From: Candidatus Omnitrophota bacterium
GTDB taxonomy: Bacteria; Omnitrophota; Gorgyraeia; Zapsychrales; Zapsychraceae
DNA: 64,000 nucleotides
NCBI GenBank assembly: GCA_030637405.1
Contig: DAOWGP010000034.1
Location: 1,358-65,357, forward strand
Direction: 5' to 3'
Of this stretch, positions 9,154 through 18,623 are shown in pieces. A program made the translations under genes and the position numbers. The stretch's first letter is position 1, and every line of letters begins with the position of its first letter. The notes beneath the pieces are model-generated. The model did no database searches, had not been told where the DNA came from, and saw only the letters and a list, made by a program, of their open reading frames with translations.

Positions 9154-10546
9154 TATTATAAACTTCCTGATAAACGCGCGCGGACTTCTCCCAGGAAAAG
9201 TCGCGACGAAGCGCGTTGCCCCTTAAACGGTGGAACTCTTTATCATTGCTAAAAACCTTCACCGCCTTCTGCACGATCTTCAAGAATCCGGCATTCGAAT
9301 AATCCGTAAAAACAAAACCATTACCGTCTTTGTTTAAAAGGCCAAATGGTTTGACAGTATCGGCCAAACCGCCTGTTTTAAAAACAACTGGTATCGTGCC
9401 ATAATATAAACTGATCATCTGGCTTAACCCGCAAGGTTCGAATTGTGACGGCATCAAAAATAGATCGCTCCCCGCATAAATCTGATGGCCCAAGGGTTCG
9501 TTAAAATCAAAGCGAACCGCGATGTTCTCCGAATAAAGAGCCGCCGCTTGTTTCAATTTTTCCTGGTAGTGTCCATTACCCAGCCCCAGAAAAACCATCT
9601 GCACGTCCATCTTAACCAAGTCTTTGATCGTATCGATGACCAAATCAAGTCCTTTTTGATGGGATAATCGTCCGACAAAACCAAAAAGCGGAACATCATC
9701 ACGCGCATCCAGATAAAGCTCTTTTTGCAGCTGCATTTTATTGGTGAGTTTTGCATCACTAAAGTCATCTGCAGAATATTTCGCCGCGATAAAACTATCT
9801 GTTCGCGGATTCCAGACATCGTGATCCAATCCATTAAGAATCCCGATAACTCCGTCATAACGCTCGCTAAGAACACCTTCAAGCCCGCAACCAAATTGTT
9901 TCGTTTGGATTTCCTGGGCATATTGCGGGCTGACCGTTGTCACTTTATCGCTATACGTAATGCCCGCTTTGAGCAAATTGACTTGATCATAAAACTCAAA
10001 ACTCTGCGCGGCAAAGGAACTTTCCACGCCAAGCTTCGGGTATTGTTCTTTTGGAAATGCCCCTTGAAAAGCCAGATTGTGAATCGTCATGACGGTTTTT
10101 GTCTGAGCATAAAACGCGTCGTCCTTGTATTTTTCCTTCATGTAAACAGGAATTAAAGCCGTCTGCCAATCATGACAATGAACAATATCCGGCTGAAAAT
10201 CTATTTGCTTCAATAACTGAAGAACTTGGTCGCAGTAAAATCCAAATCTCTCGATATTATCCGGATAATCTCCAGCCGCATCACCGTAGAGATCTTCTCG
10301 GTCAAAATATTGTTCATGCTCGATAAAGTAAACTTGAATGTTACGCCCAAGTTTTGTCCTCGATACGATTTCGGTAACTTGTTCCATCGCGCATCCGGCC
10401 TGACCAACGCAACGATAGCCGGGCAGGACAATGGCCACCTCAATGCCGATCTTCTTCAGCGCGATCGGCAGCGAGCCGCACACGTCGGCTAAACCGCCTG
10501 TTTTCGCAAAGGGAAAAACTTCTGATGCGCAAAAAACAACTTTCAT
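9137..10546 (-). CDS. glgA: Glycogen synthase
   Basis: PFAKTGGLADV, HCHDWQT, TIHNLAFQG, PSQFEPCGL, TGGLADTV. Confidence 0.95.
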   Translation of the reverse strand: MKVVFCASEVFPFAKTGGLADVCGSLPIALKKIGIEVAIVLPGYRCVGQAGCAMEQVTEIVSRTKLGRNIQVYFIEHEQYFDREDLYGDAAGDYPDNIERFGFYCDQVLQLLKQIDFQPDIVHCHDWQTALIPVYMKEKYKDDAFYAQTKTVMTIHNLAFQGAFPKEQYPKLGVESSFAAQSFEFYDQVNLLKAGITYSDKVTTVSPQYAQEIQTKQFGCGLEGVLSERYDGVIGILNGLDHDVWNPRTDSFIAAKYSADDFSDAKLTNKMQLQKELYLDARDDVPLFGFVGRLSHQKGLDLVIDTIKDLVKMDVQMVFLGLGNGHYQEKLKQAAALYSENIAVRFDFNEPLGHQIYAGSDLFLMPSQFEPCGLSQMISLYYGTIPVVFKTGGLADTVKPFGLLNKDGNGFVFTDYSNAGFLKIVQKAVKVFSNDKEFHRLRGNALRRDFSWEKSARVYQEVYNNVKKQ

Positions 10547-10564
10547 CTTCTTTCTGGATGCTCC

Positions 10565-10650
10565 TTCATCCGCCTTCGCTGAATTGCTTTCGCGTTCAGC
10601 TTCGTCGGATTATTCCGCCAGAAAGGTTTCGGCGGATGAACCCGACGAAG
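10565..10650. repeat. Nested palindromic (REP-like) element between polA and glgA
   Basis: TTCATCCGCC(10565-74)/GGCGGATGAA(10631-40), CTTCGTCGG(10600-08)/CCGACGAAG(10642-50), GCTGAA/TTCAGC. Confidence 0.6.
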
Positions 10651-10703
10651 TCAAACACGTTAAGTATTTGACGAAGACGGGTCATTAAACTAATGCTACA
10701 GCT

Positions 10704-13277
10704 TTAGCTGTAGAGCTTCATCTCTAACCAATTTTTCCCGACCTTCACACTTACTGTAACCGGCACGTTTAAGTCAACCGCATGCTCCATTTGGTAACGA
10801 ATAAGATCGATCGTCTCTGCCTCGTCGCCTTTTGTCGTCTCAAAAACCAATTCATCATGGACCGTGCTGATCATCTTTGTGCTTAAGTTTCGCTTATCGA
10901 TTTCCTTCTGTATATTGATCATCGCCAGCTTTATGAGATCGGCAGCAGACCCCTGAACGGGGGTGTTGATCGCCTGGCGCCGCGCAAACTGCTTCATGGC
11001 TCCGTTTTGACTATTGATCTCCGGAATGTACCTGCGGCGGTTTAATAATGTCAGTACGAACCCTTGTTTTTCACAATTTTTTATTTCACCATCCATGAAT
11101 TTCTTAACAGCCGGATACCGCTTAAAATACCGGTCAATAAATTCTTGCGCCTCGTGCTGCGGCACCTTCAGATCATTGGCCAAACCAAAAGCGCTCATTC
11201 CATAAATGATCCCGAAATTGACGCGCTTGGCGGAATTACGCATTTTCGGCGTTACATCTTTCTCATCAACTTCAAAGATCAAGGAAGCCGTAAAATCATG
11301 GATATCCTCACCTTGCTTAAAAGCCTTGATCAAATTCTCATCTCCTGAGAGATGCGCAAGAATACGCAATTCAATCTGCGAATAATCCGCCGCGATCATG
11401 ATCAGATCTTTCTTCGACGGAATGATCGCCTTGCGGATCTGCCTGCCTAATTCCGTACGGATAGGAATGTTTTGCAGGTTCGGCTGACTTGAACTCAAGC
11501 GCCCTGTTTCAGTCCCGGTTTGATTGAACTGCGCATGCAGCCGCCCTGTTTGCGCGTTGACCAATTTCGGCAAAGCGTCGATATAGGTCGATTTCAACTT
11601 CGCCAGCTGCCGGTATTCTAATATCAATGACGGGAACGCGTGATCCTCGGCAAGGATCGTTAACACGGATTCGTTCGTTGAAAACCCCGTCTTTGTCCTC
11701 TTGATCACCGGCAGCTTCAATTTCTCAAATAAAATATGGCTTAATTGCTTGGGTGAGTTGAGATTAAACTCTTCCCCAGCCATCGCATATAGCGTTGCTG
11801 TTAATTCCCCGATCTTTGTCGCGCAATCCTTTGATAATTTTTTTAAAAGCGCCAGGTCCAAATTGACGCCATTTTCTTCAATCGTGTAAAGAACACGCGC
11901 TAAAGGCATCTCGATATCGTCAAAAAGCGCCATAAGCGATTTGTCTTTAAGCTCCTTGACCAATAACGGATATAAACGCCCTATAACCCGCGCTTCATTA
12001 GCCGCTTTCGATTCCTCACCGATCGAGCTCTTCAGATAGCTCCAAGCCAAATTACTTAAATCGTAAAAGGCTTGGGACGGCCCCAGCAAGTATCCGGCCA
12101 GCATCACATCAAAGGCCTTTCCTTCAATATTGATATTCTGTTTCGCGAGCGATTTAAGCTTTTCCTTGATGTCATAGGTGACTTTTAAAATTCTTGCATT
12201 TTCAAAGACCGGCTTAAGTGACGCGATCGCGTCTTTACTGACCGCGTAAACATCATTTTTGCTGACCGCGATAAAAATCACCTGACCGCTAAACAATCCG
12301 CCATCCTCGTCACCGTCGACAGTAAAAGCAAATTCTTTCGCGTCTTGAATTTGCTTCACGAGGCTTTTCGCGTCTTTAGCGCCCTTTACAGCACAAACGG
12401 TAACATTACCACTAGCTTCTCTTGAATCGAATTCCTCGGCAAGTTTCCGGAATTCAAGGTCCCGGAACATCGCAAACAACCGGCCGTTATCCGGTGCTTG
12501 GACTTTGAGCTGCTCTAAACCATATTCAACAGGAACGGACGTCTCCAGAACAGCCAACTCTTTACTAAAAAGAGCCTCTTCCTGCTGTTCAATGATCAGT
12601 TTTCCCTTAGCCGTCGGGTTTTTGAGCTTTTCAAAATGTTCTAAGATATTCTCAAGATCCCCAAATTCATTGATTAACCGCGAGGCATTCACCTTGCCGA
12701 TTCCCTTTACACCGGGAATATTATCCGACGCGTCTCCCGCTAAACCGATAAAATCGATCATATGTTTCGGATCAAAACCCAATTTGCTTTTGATTTCTTC
12801 CGAATTAAGAATAGCTTCACTTTTACTGCCGAAAAACTTTATATTTTTACCCGCAAGCTGATACATATCCTTATCATCGCTGACAATAACAACATCCAAA
12901 TCTTTACTTACGCATTTCTTAGTAATGGTTGCAATAATATCGTCGGCCTCAAACCCTCCGAGCTCAAAAACAGGGATATTGAACGCCCGTATGATATCCT
13001 TGATAACAGGAATCTGGCTTCTTAAATCATCCGGCATCGACGGCCGATGAACCTTGTATTCAGCGAACTTCTCCTGCCTGCGTGTTTTTTCTTTCGAATC
13101 AAAACACACCGCCATATAATCAGGCTGATGCCCTTTAAGGATATTCCGGATAATACGTATAAATCCGTAAATCGCGTTGGTCGGCTCCCCCTTACTTGTC
13201 GCTAAAGATTTTATAGCGAAAAAGCACCGGTAACATAGGGCATGTCCATCAATGAGAAACAACTTATGCTTAACCAT
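10704..13277 (-). CDS. polA: DNA polymerase I
   Basis: LIDGH 5'-3' exonuclease, GDASDNIPGVKGIG, TGRLSS, DYSQIELR, NFGIIYG, VHDELV. Confidence 0.97.
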   Translation of the reverse strand: MVKHKLFLIDGHALCYRCFFAIKSLATSKGEPTNAIYGFIRIIRNILKGHQPDYMAVCFDSKEKTRRQEKFAEYKVHRPSMPDDLRSQIPVIKDIIRAFNIPVFELGGFEADDIIATITKKCVSKDLDVVIVSDDKDMYQLAGKNIKFFGSKSEAILNSEEIKSKLGFDPKHMIDFIGLAGDASDNIPGVKGIGKVNASRLINEFGDLENILEHFEKLKNPTAKGKLIIEQQEEALFSKELAVLETSVPVEYGLEQLKVQAPDNGRLFAMFRDLEFRKLAEEFDSREASGNVTVCAVKGAKDAKSLVKQIQDAKEFAFTVDGDEDGGLFSGQVIFIAVSKNDVYAVSKDAIASLKPVFENARILKVTYDIKEKLKSLAKQNINIEGKAFDVMLAGYLLGPSQAFYDLSNLAWSYLKSSIGEESKAANEARVIGRLYPLLVKELKDKSLMALFDDIEMPLARVLYTIEENGVNLDLALLKKLSKDCATKIGELTATLYAMAGEEFNLNSPKQLSHILFEKLKLPVIKRTKTGFSTNESVLTILAEDHAFPSLILEYRQLAKLKSTYIDALPKLVNAQTGRLHAQFNQTGTETGRLSSSQPNLQNIPIRTELGRQIRKAIIPSKKDLIMIAADYSQIELRILAHLSGDENLIKAFKQGEDIHDFTASLIFEVDEKDVTPKMRNSAKRVNFGIIYGMSAFGLANDLKVPQHEAQEFIDRYFKRYPAVKKFMDGEIKNCEKQGFVLTLLNRRRYIPEINSQNGAMKQFARRQAINTPVQGSAADLIKLAMINIQKEIDKRNLSTKMISTVHDELVFETTKGDEAETIDLIRYQMEHAVDLNVPVTVSVKVGKNWLEMKLYS

Positions 13278-13398
13278 GAGGGAAATCTTTATCTCTACTT
13301 CGAATGACAAAAAAGTGGTCGCGAATATGAAATCTTTTGGAAATGTGGGATTCTTTTAAGTCTCTGTTATTGAGTAAAAGTCCATTCTCGTGATATTA

Positions 13399-13498
13399 TT
13401 TTCACACTCGAGGATAAGAAAACATCCGAGAGTGCGGAAAATCACTTCGGCAACCCTCCGGGTACTGTTTCGTGGTCGCCGAAGCCGATTTTCTCGGC
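13399..13498. repeat. Cluster of hairpins upstream of polA
   Basis: CACTCG/CGAGAGTG stem, CTTCGGCAACC/GGTCGCCGAAG stem, GCCGA/TCGGC stem. Confidence 0.45.
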
Positions 13499-13502
13499 AA
13501 AA

Positions 13503-14360
13503 TTACCGTTCATATTGCGGAGAAATCAAAATGGGTTCTTCTGGAATCGTGGTGAGCATCTTCTGAATCTCGTGTCGTGCGGAGAGGGTATCACCCGTCT
13601 CTAACCTCCTGATTGCTTGTTCTGACTGCTCCTTTACATTTATCTTTAATATTTCCAACAAAGTTTTTTTGCGCGCTTCAATGGCCTTTGAATTCTTCGG
13701 TGACAAATGCAGTACCTGGTCGTACTCGCTAAGCGCTTCTTTATATTTCTTCTCTTCGAAAAGGTCATTTCCTCTTCGATAGTGCTCCTGCCCCCGATTG
13801 ACCCGTTGATGAAATTCCGCGAGAGCCTTTGCCTCTAACTCTTTGTTTAACAAGTTCGCCTCAATCGCCATAGCCCATTGTCTGTACTGGGGATCGATCT
13901 TGACAAGCTCATCTTTCGCTTTTCGTGCCCATGGATCCATTGAGTTGCCAAGCTCATAGCGTAGCTTAAAATACTTTGCCGCTTTTTTCTTCTTGCCGAA
14001 CCTTTGATAGAAATAGGCCAGATTATTGTAGGGTGGTAAATAATTCCGATCGGTCTCAATGGCCCTAAGATAAAACTGCTCCGCCCTTCCATACCGGTCA
14101 ATTTCTTCATAAAGAACGCCCATGTCATTGAGAAGTACCGCATTTTGCATTCCCAATGAGGTCGCCTTCGTATAATAGGATAAGGCTTCGTTTAAATTAC
14201 CCTTTTGCTGTTCCTCATAGCCTAAAGCACGATATTCTTCAGCGATATTTTCTTTAATGCCTGCGGAAGCAATTGTATGAAAGGTAACGCAAGAAATGAA
14301 AAAAAGAAGAGCAAGGATACTTCGAAAAGCCTTATTTGATCCTTTATTTAGATTAAGCAT
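13503..14360 (-). CDS. Exported tetratricopeptide-repeat protein
   Basis: N-terminal hydrophobic signal (ILALLFFISCVTFHTIASA); TPR units EALSYYTKA, NDMGVLY, NNLAYFY, EALSEYDQVL. Confidence 0.75.
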   Translation of the reverse strand: MLNLNKGSNKAFRSILALLFFISCVTFHTIASAGIKENIAEEYRALGYEEQQKGNLNEALSYYTKATSLGMQNAVLLNDMGVLYEEIDRYGRAEQFYLRAIETDRNYLPPYNNLAYFYQRFGKKKKAAKYFKLRYELGNSMDPWARKAKDELVKIDPQYRQWAMAIEANLLNKELEAKALAEFHQRVNRGQEHYRRGNDLFEEKKYKEALSEYDQVLHLSPKNSKAIEARKKTLLEILKINVKEQSEQAIRRLETGDTLSARHEIQKMLTTIPEEPILISPQYER

Positions 14361-14526
14361 AATATATGTTCTTTGTTTTAGCAAGGAAATTTTTCCGTAG
14401 CCTTCTTTATCCTATATAGTACATGATAACTCTTTAATTATCAATGAGTTCTGTAGAAACATTTTCATCACTCACTTCACCGGCATAGCATTCGTCTTCA
14501 CCGCTATTCGTAGGGCTTTGTTCCTC

Positions 14527-15690
14527 CTAAGCACAATCAAAAAGAACTTTTTTTTGAATATTTTCGAGAAGCGCGTCCCTTTCATCCTCCTTGTTGACTA
14601 AAACAGCGCCAACAAGACAATTATCTTGTATATACAGCCCCTTGTATGTACCGGAATCTTGGTCAAAAGCATGGTTTACCGTAACCCCCTCGCCATCTAT
14701 GCGACCCAAAACCGTTAGTACAAACCCTTCGATATTCTGGCTCAAGGTACATAACGGCATTGTGAAGGTCCTCTCTTGACCGCTAATGACTGCCGCAACC
14801 GTTTCTCCTTGCTCTTCAAGCACCGAAAGTGGCGTTACAGGTTCAAAACCGCTCAACTGACACGCTTGATCAACAGCAAATACATCATCAGACCCTGCTT
14901 TAAATTCAGCGTTAACTTCAATTTTCTGGGTTACCTTAATTGAGGAACCGGAAAATAACCGCAAATCTTCATCGGTTTCGACAAAAAGAATAACTTCGGC
15001 GGAAAAAACTTTTCCAGATTGAAGCCGGACTGCCTTGGCATCCTTATCCCCTAATATTTCCGATATCATATTATCCCGTATTACGCGCAATCCTTTTTCT
15101 TCAAGCTTGCTTATCAGCCACTCAACCATCTCTGTCTCAAAGCTCGCGGTTAAAAAGCTGTCCTCAGACGACACAAGAATAACTTCTTTTTCCCGCTTGA
15201 TAAAACTAAGCGCAGCTTCAAAGCCCGAAAAACTGTTTGACTGAATGACCACCGTTTTAACAACCGGCAGGGCATTAACGATCTTGTCGATATCGTTAAG
15301 CTTTTTATACCCGTAAACATTTTCTTTGTTCGTTCCTTTGATATCAGGATATCTGTTTTCCGGTGTATCCGTCACAATAAGAACGTCATACTCAAATTGC
15401 TGTTTGTCTTCCGTAAAAACTCTTTTGCGTTTAAAATTAACGCGGGATATTTTTTGATCAAGAATAATATTGACATTGTGTTGATCATAAAAATCCTTCG
15501 ACCGGTAAAAGACGTTCTCGGGGGTTATTTCTTTAGAAATAAAAGACGCGAAAGCATCACGCCTATATGGATAATGCCCGTCAAGGGCAATGATCGTGAT
15601 CTCACTTTCCCGATCATTGCGGCGGACTTCTTCGATTACTTTTGCGCCGGCAGCCGAGCTGCCTAAAATAATGATTCGTTTCATACTCAC
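14527..15690 (-). CDS. FAD-dependent pyridine nucleotide-disulfide oxidoreductase-like protein (rubredoxin reductase/NirB N-terminal-like), degenerate motifs
   Basis: IIILGSSAAG, PYRR, FEYDVLIVT, C-terminal YKGLYIQDNCLVGAVLV. Confidence 0.7.
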   Translation of the reverse strand: MSMKRIIILGSSAAGAKVIEEVRRNDRESEITIIALDGHYPYRRDAFASFISKEITPENVFYRSKDFYDQHNVNIILDQKISRVNFKRKRVFTEDKQQFEYDVLIVTDTPENRYPDIKGTNKENVYGYKKLNDIDKIVNALPVVKTVVIQSNSFSGFEAALSFIKREKEVILVSSEDSFLTASFETEMVEWLISKLEEKGLRVIRDNMISEILGDKDAKAVRLQSGKVFSAEVILFVETDEDLRLFSGSSIKVTQKIEVNAEFKAGSDDVFAVDQACQLSGFEPVTPLSVLEEQGETVAAVISGQERTFTMPLCTLSQNIEGFVLTVLGRIDGEGVTVNHAFDQDSGTYKGLYIQDNCLVGAVLVNKEDERDALLENIQKKVLFDCA

Positions 15691-16562
15691 TACTTTCCTT
15701 TTTTCTTCATTTGAGCTTTAAAGGCTTCTATGCCGTTGCGCATTAACATGATAACCGTAACCGGGCCGACACCGCCTGGCACCGGCGTTATAAAAGCCGC
15801 TTTTTTACATGCGGCATCAAACTCGACATCGCCAACGATTTTATCGTTAACCTGATTGATCCCAACATCAATGACAACCGCGCCTTCCTTGATCCAATCA
15901 CCTTTGATGACCGATGGTTTGCCGACAGCCACCACAATGATATCCGCGCGGCGGACATGTTCTTGCAGCCGTCCGGCTTCACTGGTCGCAATATGGCAAA
16001 CTGTTACGGTCGCAAACTGTTCGAGTAAAAGAAGACTCAACGGTTTACCGACGATCACACTGTGGCCAACGATCACGGCTTCCTTCCCGTAAAGATCAAT
16101 ACCGGTCGATTTAATATGCTCCATCACCGACGCCGGGGTACAGGGAATGATCTTCGTCTCTCCGACAAGCATCTTTCCGATATTCGTTACATTGATCCCC
16201 TCGAGATCTTTATCGGTATCCACATATTGAGCAATATCACCATATTCAATATGCTTGGGAATCGGCTTATGGATCATAATGCCGTTAACGGATTCATCCG
16301 CGTTGAGCCGCTTGATACATTCACTAAAATCTTGCCGAGAAACATCTTCCGGCAGAGTTTCCAGTTCGTATTGAATGCCGATATATTCAGCCGCTTTTTT
16401 CTGCGATTTGGCATAGGCACAGGCGCCATGGTTGTCCCCAACCATCACATTCACTAAACGCGGAACAAAACCTATCTCTTTTTTTAAGACCTCGACTTCA
16501 TTCTTCAAGGCGTTTTTAAGGTCCCGGGCAAGTAATTTACCGTCTAAAATCTTCACGCTCAC
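15690..16562 (-). CDS. folD: Methylenetetrahydrofolate dehydrogenase FolD (predicted monofunctional)
   Basis: LDGK, PCTP, IVGKPL, VIDVGIN, TPVPGGVGP; YxxxK reads YAKSQ. Confidence 0.93.
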   Translation of the reverse strand: MSVKILDGKLLARDLKNALKNEVEVLKKEIGFVPRLVNVMVGDNHGACAYAKSQKKAAEYIGIQYELETLPEDVSRQDFSECIKRLNADESVNGIMIHKPIPKHIEYGDIAQYVDTDKDLEGINVTNIGKMLVGETKIIPCTPASVMEHIKSTGIDLYGKEAVIVGHSVIVGKPLSLLLLEQFATVTVCHIATSEAGRLQEHVRRADIIVVAVGKPSVIKGDWIKEGAVVIDVGINQVNDKIVGDVEFDAACKKAAFITPVPGGVGPVTVIMLMRNGIEAFKAQMKKKGK

Positions 16563-17044
16563 GTGTTAACTCCCACATTGATATGTGCCGAATTAAACGC
16601 GGCTAAAAACATTTCGGAAGCGACTTCGATATCACTTATTAAATACGGATTGCCTTCTTTGACCAGATATGGCGCTAATTGCACGCCCTTGTAACAGAGC
16701 CGGCATACTTCACGCGGAACCCTTGCCGCATCCCGCAACGCCTTCTTCCTAATTTGAACTGATGATTTGCGCGTTTTCACGACACCGAGATACGCCCGGA
16801 CATCCAAATCAACAAGCTCCAAAAGACGCTTACGGATCTGCTCGCTTTGCTTTAATATGGAACAAATCTTATTTTGAACTCTCTTGGATTGACTTCCGTC
16901 TTTAGAATAGTTCGCGACCATTGAAAGAAGCGCCGCTCCAGTTGCCGCCGTCAACGCCGCTGCCGAGCCTCCGCCGGGAACCGGTGTTCCTTTCGACAAA
17001 ACATCGAGATATTCGCAAAGCGTATGATTCTTATATTTCTTCAT
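16559..17044 (-). CDS. fchA: Methenyl-THF cyclohydrolase FchA / FTCD_C family protein
   Basis: PVPGGGSAAAL, LLSMVAN, GNPYLISD, AHINV; overlaps the folD start. Confidence 0.8.
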   Translation of the reverse strand: MKKYKNHTLCEYLDVLSKGTPVPGGGSAAALTAATGAALLSMVANYSKDGSQSKRVQNKICSILKQSEQIRKRLLELVDLDVRAYLGVVKTRKSSVQIRKKALRDAARVPREVCRLCYKGVQLAPYLVKEGNPYLISDIEVASEMFLAAFNSAHINVGVNT

Positions 17045-17178
17045 GAAAGTTTTTGGGATTGCTAAATCAGGAGGTTCGCATCCACCGCTGACGCTCTATT
17101 TTGTTATCATAACTCAAAGGCTTCGTATTTTCAATAACTACCTATGGTTTTTCAAAACGAAAACCGCCATTATGATCT

Positions 17179-17547
17179 TTAGTTTGCCTCAAACGCGTTC
17201 TTGATAATCTCAACCTGCGGGTCTTCTTCGTCCCCGAGAATAACTGAAACCACATCAAAGCGCACGTTTGCCTCTTCCCTTCCCTGGCTTTTAAGATAAC
17301 TCAATGCCACAAAGATGATTTTGCGCTGCTTCGCCTTTGTTACCGATTCAAACGGCGAACCAAAAGCATCCGTTTTACGGGTCTTCACCTCGATAAAACA
17401 GATCGTGTCGCCATCTTTGGCTACAATATCGATCTCGCCTAATTTATTGCGGAAGTTTCGCTCTAAAACGTGATAACCTTGCCGCTCTAAAAAAGCAATA
17501 GCGGCGTCCTCGCCAATTTGGCCTAATTGTATTTTCTGAATTGTCAT
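17179..17547 (-). CDS. yraN: YraN family (UPF0102) nuclease-like protein
   Basis: GQIGEDAA, RNFR, GEIDIV, FIEVKTR, RFDVV. Confidence 0.9.
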   Translation of the reverse strand: MTIQKIQLGQIGEDAAIAFLERQGYHVLERNFRNKLGEIDIVAKDGDTICFIEVKTRKTDAFGSPFESVTKAKQRKIIFVALSYLKSQGREEANVRFDVVSVILGDEEDPQVEIIKNAFEAN

Positions 17548-18173
17548 TGGGAATGTTTATAACTTCTTCGATGGATCAGTGAAAGCCCATGCGTGCTGAT
17601 AGCCTCTTTATGCCGCGGCGTAGGATAGCCTTTATGCTTCTTAAATCCGTATTGGGGATAGATCAAATCATAAACATTTAAAATGCGGTCGCGGGTCACT
17701 TTGGCAACGATCGATGCGCACGCGATCGATAAAACATAACTATCCCCACCAACAACCGTACGATAGGCATAGGGTAAATCCGTCCTGAATAAATTACCGT
17801 CGATAAGAAGACAAACATTCTGGTAAAATTCATTACCCCCATCTTCAGCGGCCGCGAACTGGGCAATGGCATTCTCGATGGCATTGGTCATTGCCAAAAA
17901 GGTGGCTTCGAGAATATTGCCCCGGTCAATAACCGACTCGCTGACAATGCCGACGCCGACATGAGCATTTTCATAAATTTCATAAAATGCCTTTTCACGC
18001 TGCCGCACTGAGATTGTTTTAGAATCACCTATCTTGGATTGGAATTGGTCGCTTTTTAAAGCAACCGCCGATGCCACAACGGGACCAGCTAAAGGCCCCC
18101 GACCGGCTTCATCAACACCAATGATCAGATTAAAGCCTTCGGCCTTAACTTCGTTTTCGTAATCTGAGTTCAC
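17544..18173 (-). CDS. rnhB: Ribonuclease HII
   Basis: GVDEAGRGPLAGPV, DSK, IACASIVAKVTRD, HKGYPT. Confidence 0.95.
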   Translation of the reverse strand: MNSDYENEVKAEGFNLIIGVDEAGRGPLAGPVVASAVALKSDQFQSKIGDSKTISVRQREKAFYEIYENAHVGVGIVSESVIDRGNILEATFLAMTNAIENAIAQFAAAEDGGNEFYQNVCLLIDGNLFRTDLPYAYRTVVGGDSYVLSIACASIVAKVTRDRILNVYDLIYPQYGFKKHKGYPTPRHKEAISTHGLSLIHRRSYKHSQ

Positions 18174-18184
18174 AATAAGCGGGA

Positions 18185-18547
18185 TTATTTGGTTTGACGT
18201 CTTTTGACACGAGCCGCCTTGCCAACGCGGTCTCGCAGGTAGTAAAGTTTAGCCCTGTTGACAACCCCTTTGCTGGTCACTTTAAGACTTTCGATAACAG
18301 GCGAATGTAAGGGAAATACCCTTTCGACACCTTCTCCAAAAGAGATCTTGCGCACCGTGAACGTCGCTTTAATGCCTCTTCCAGTCTTTCGAATAACCGT
18401 TCCTTCAAAAGGGTGCAGCCGAACCTTATCAGCTTCCTGCACTTTCACTTTCATCTTAACAGTATCGCCAACATGAAATTCGGGGATATCTTTACGGACA
18501 TACTTACTGTCAATCTGCTTGATTCTTTCACCAACATTTGTTGCCAT
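18185..18547 (-). CDS. rplS: 50S ribosomal protein L19
   Basis: [36 protein letters not shown]. Confidence 0.96.
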   Translation of the reverse strand: MATNVGERIKQIDSKYVRKDIPEFHVGDTVKMKVKVQEADKVRLHPFEGTVIRKTGRGIKATFTVRKISFGEGVERVFPLHSPVIESLKVTSKGVVNRAKLYYLRDRVGKAARVKRRQTK

Positions 18548-18623
18548 AACACTAGCTCCTTGTCTGCTTCACAAGAACATAACCAAAAGACATTTGAGGT
18601 CTTTTAGGATTAGATCTTATTAA

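Noticed and set aside
17045-17178. Possible ZTP or THF riboswitch upstream of fchA-folD
   Set aside because: No consensus elements of either class could be recognised
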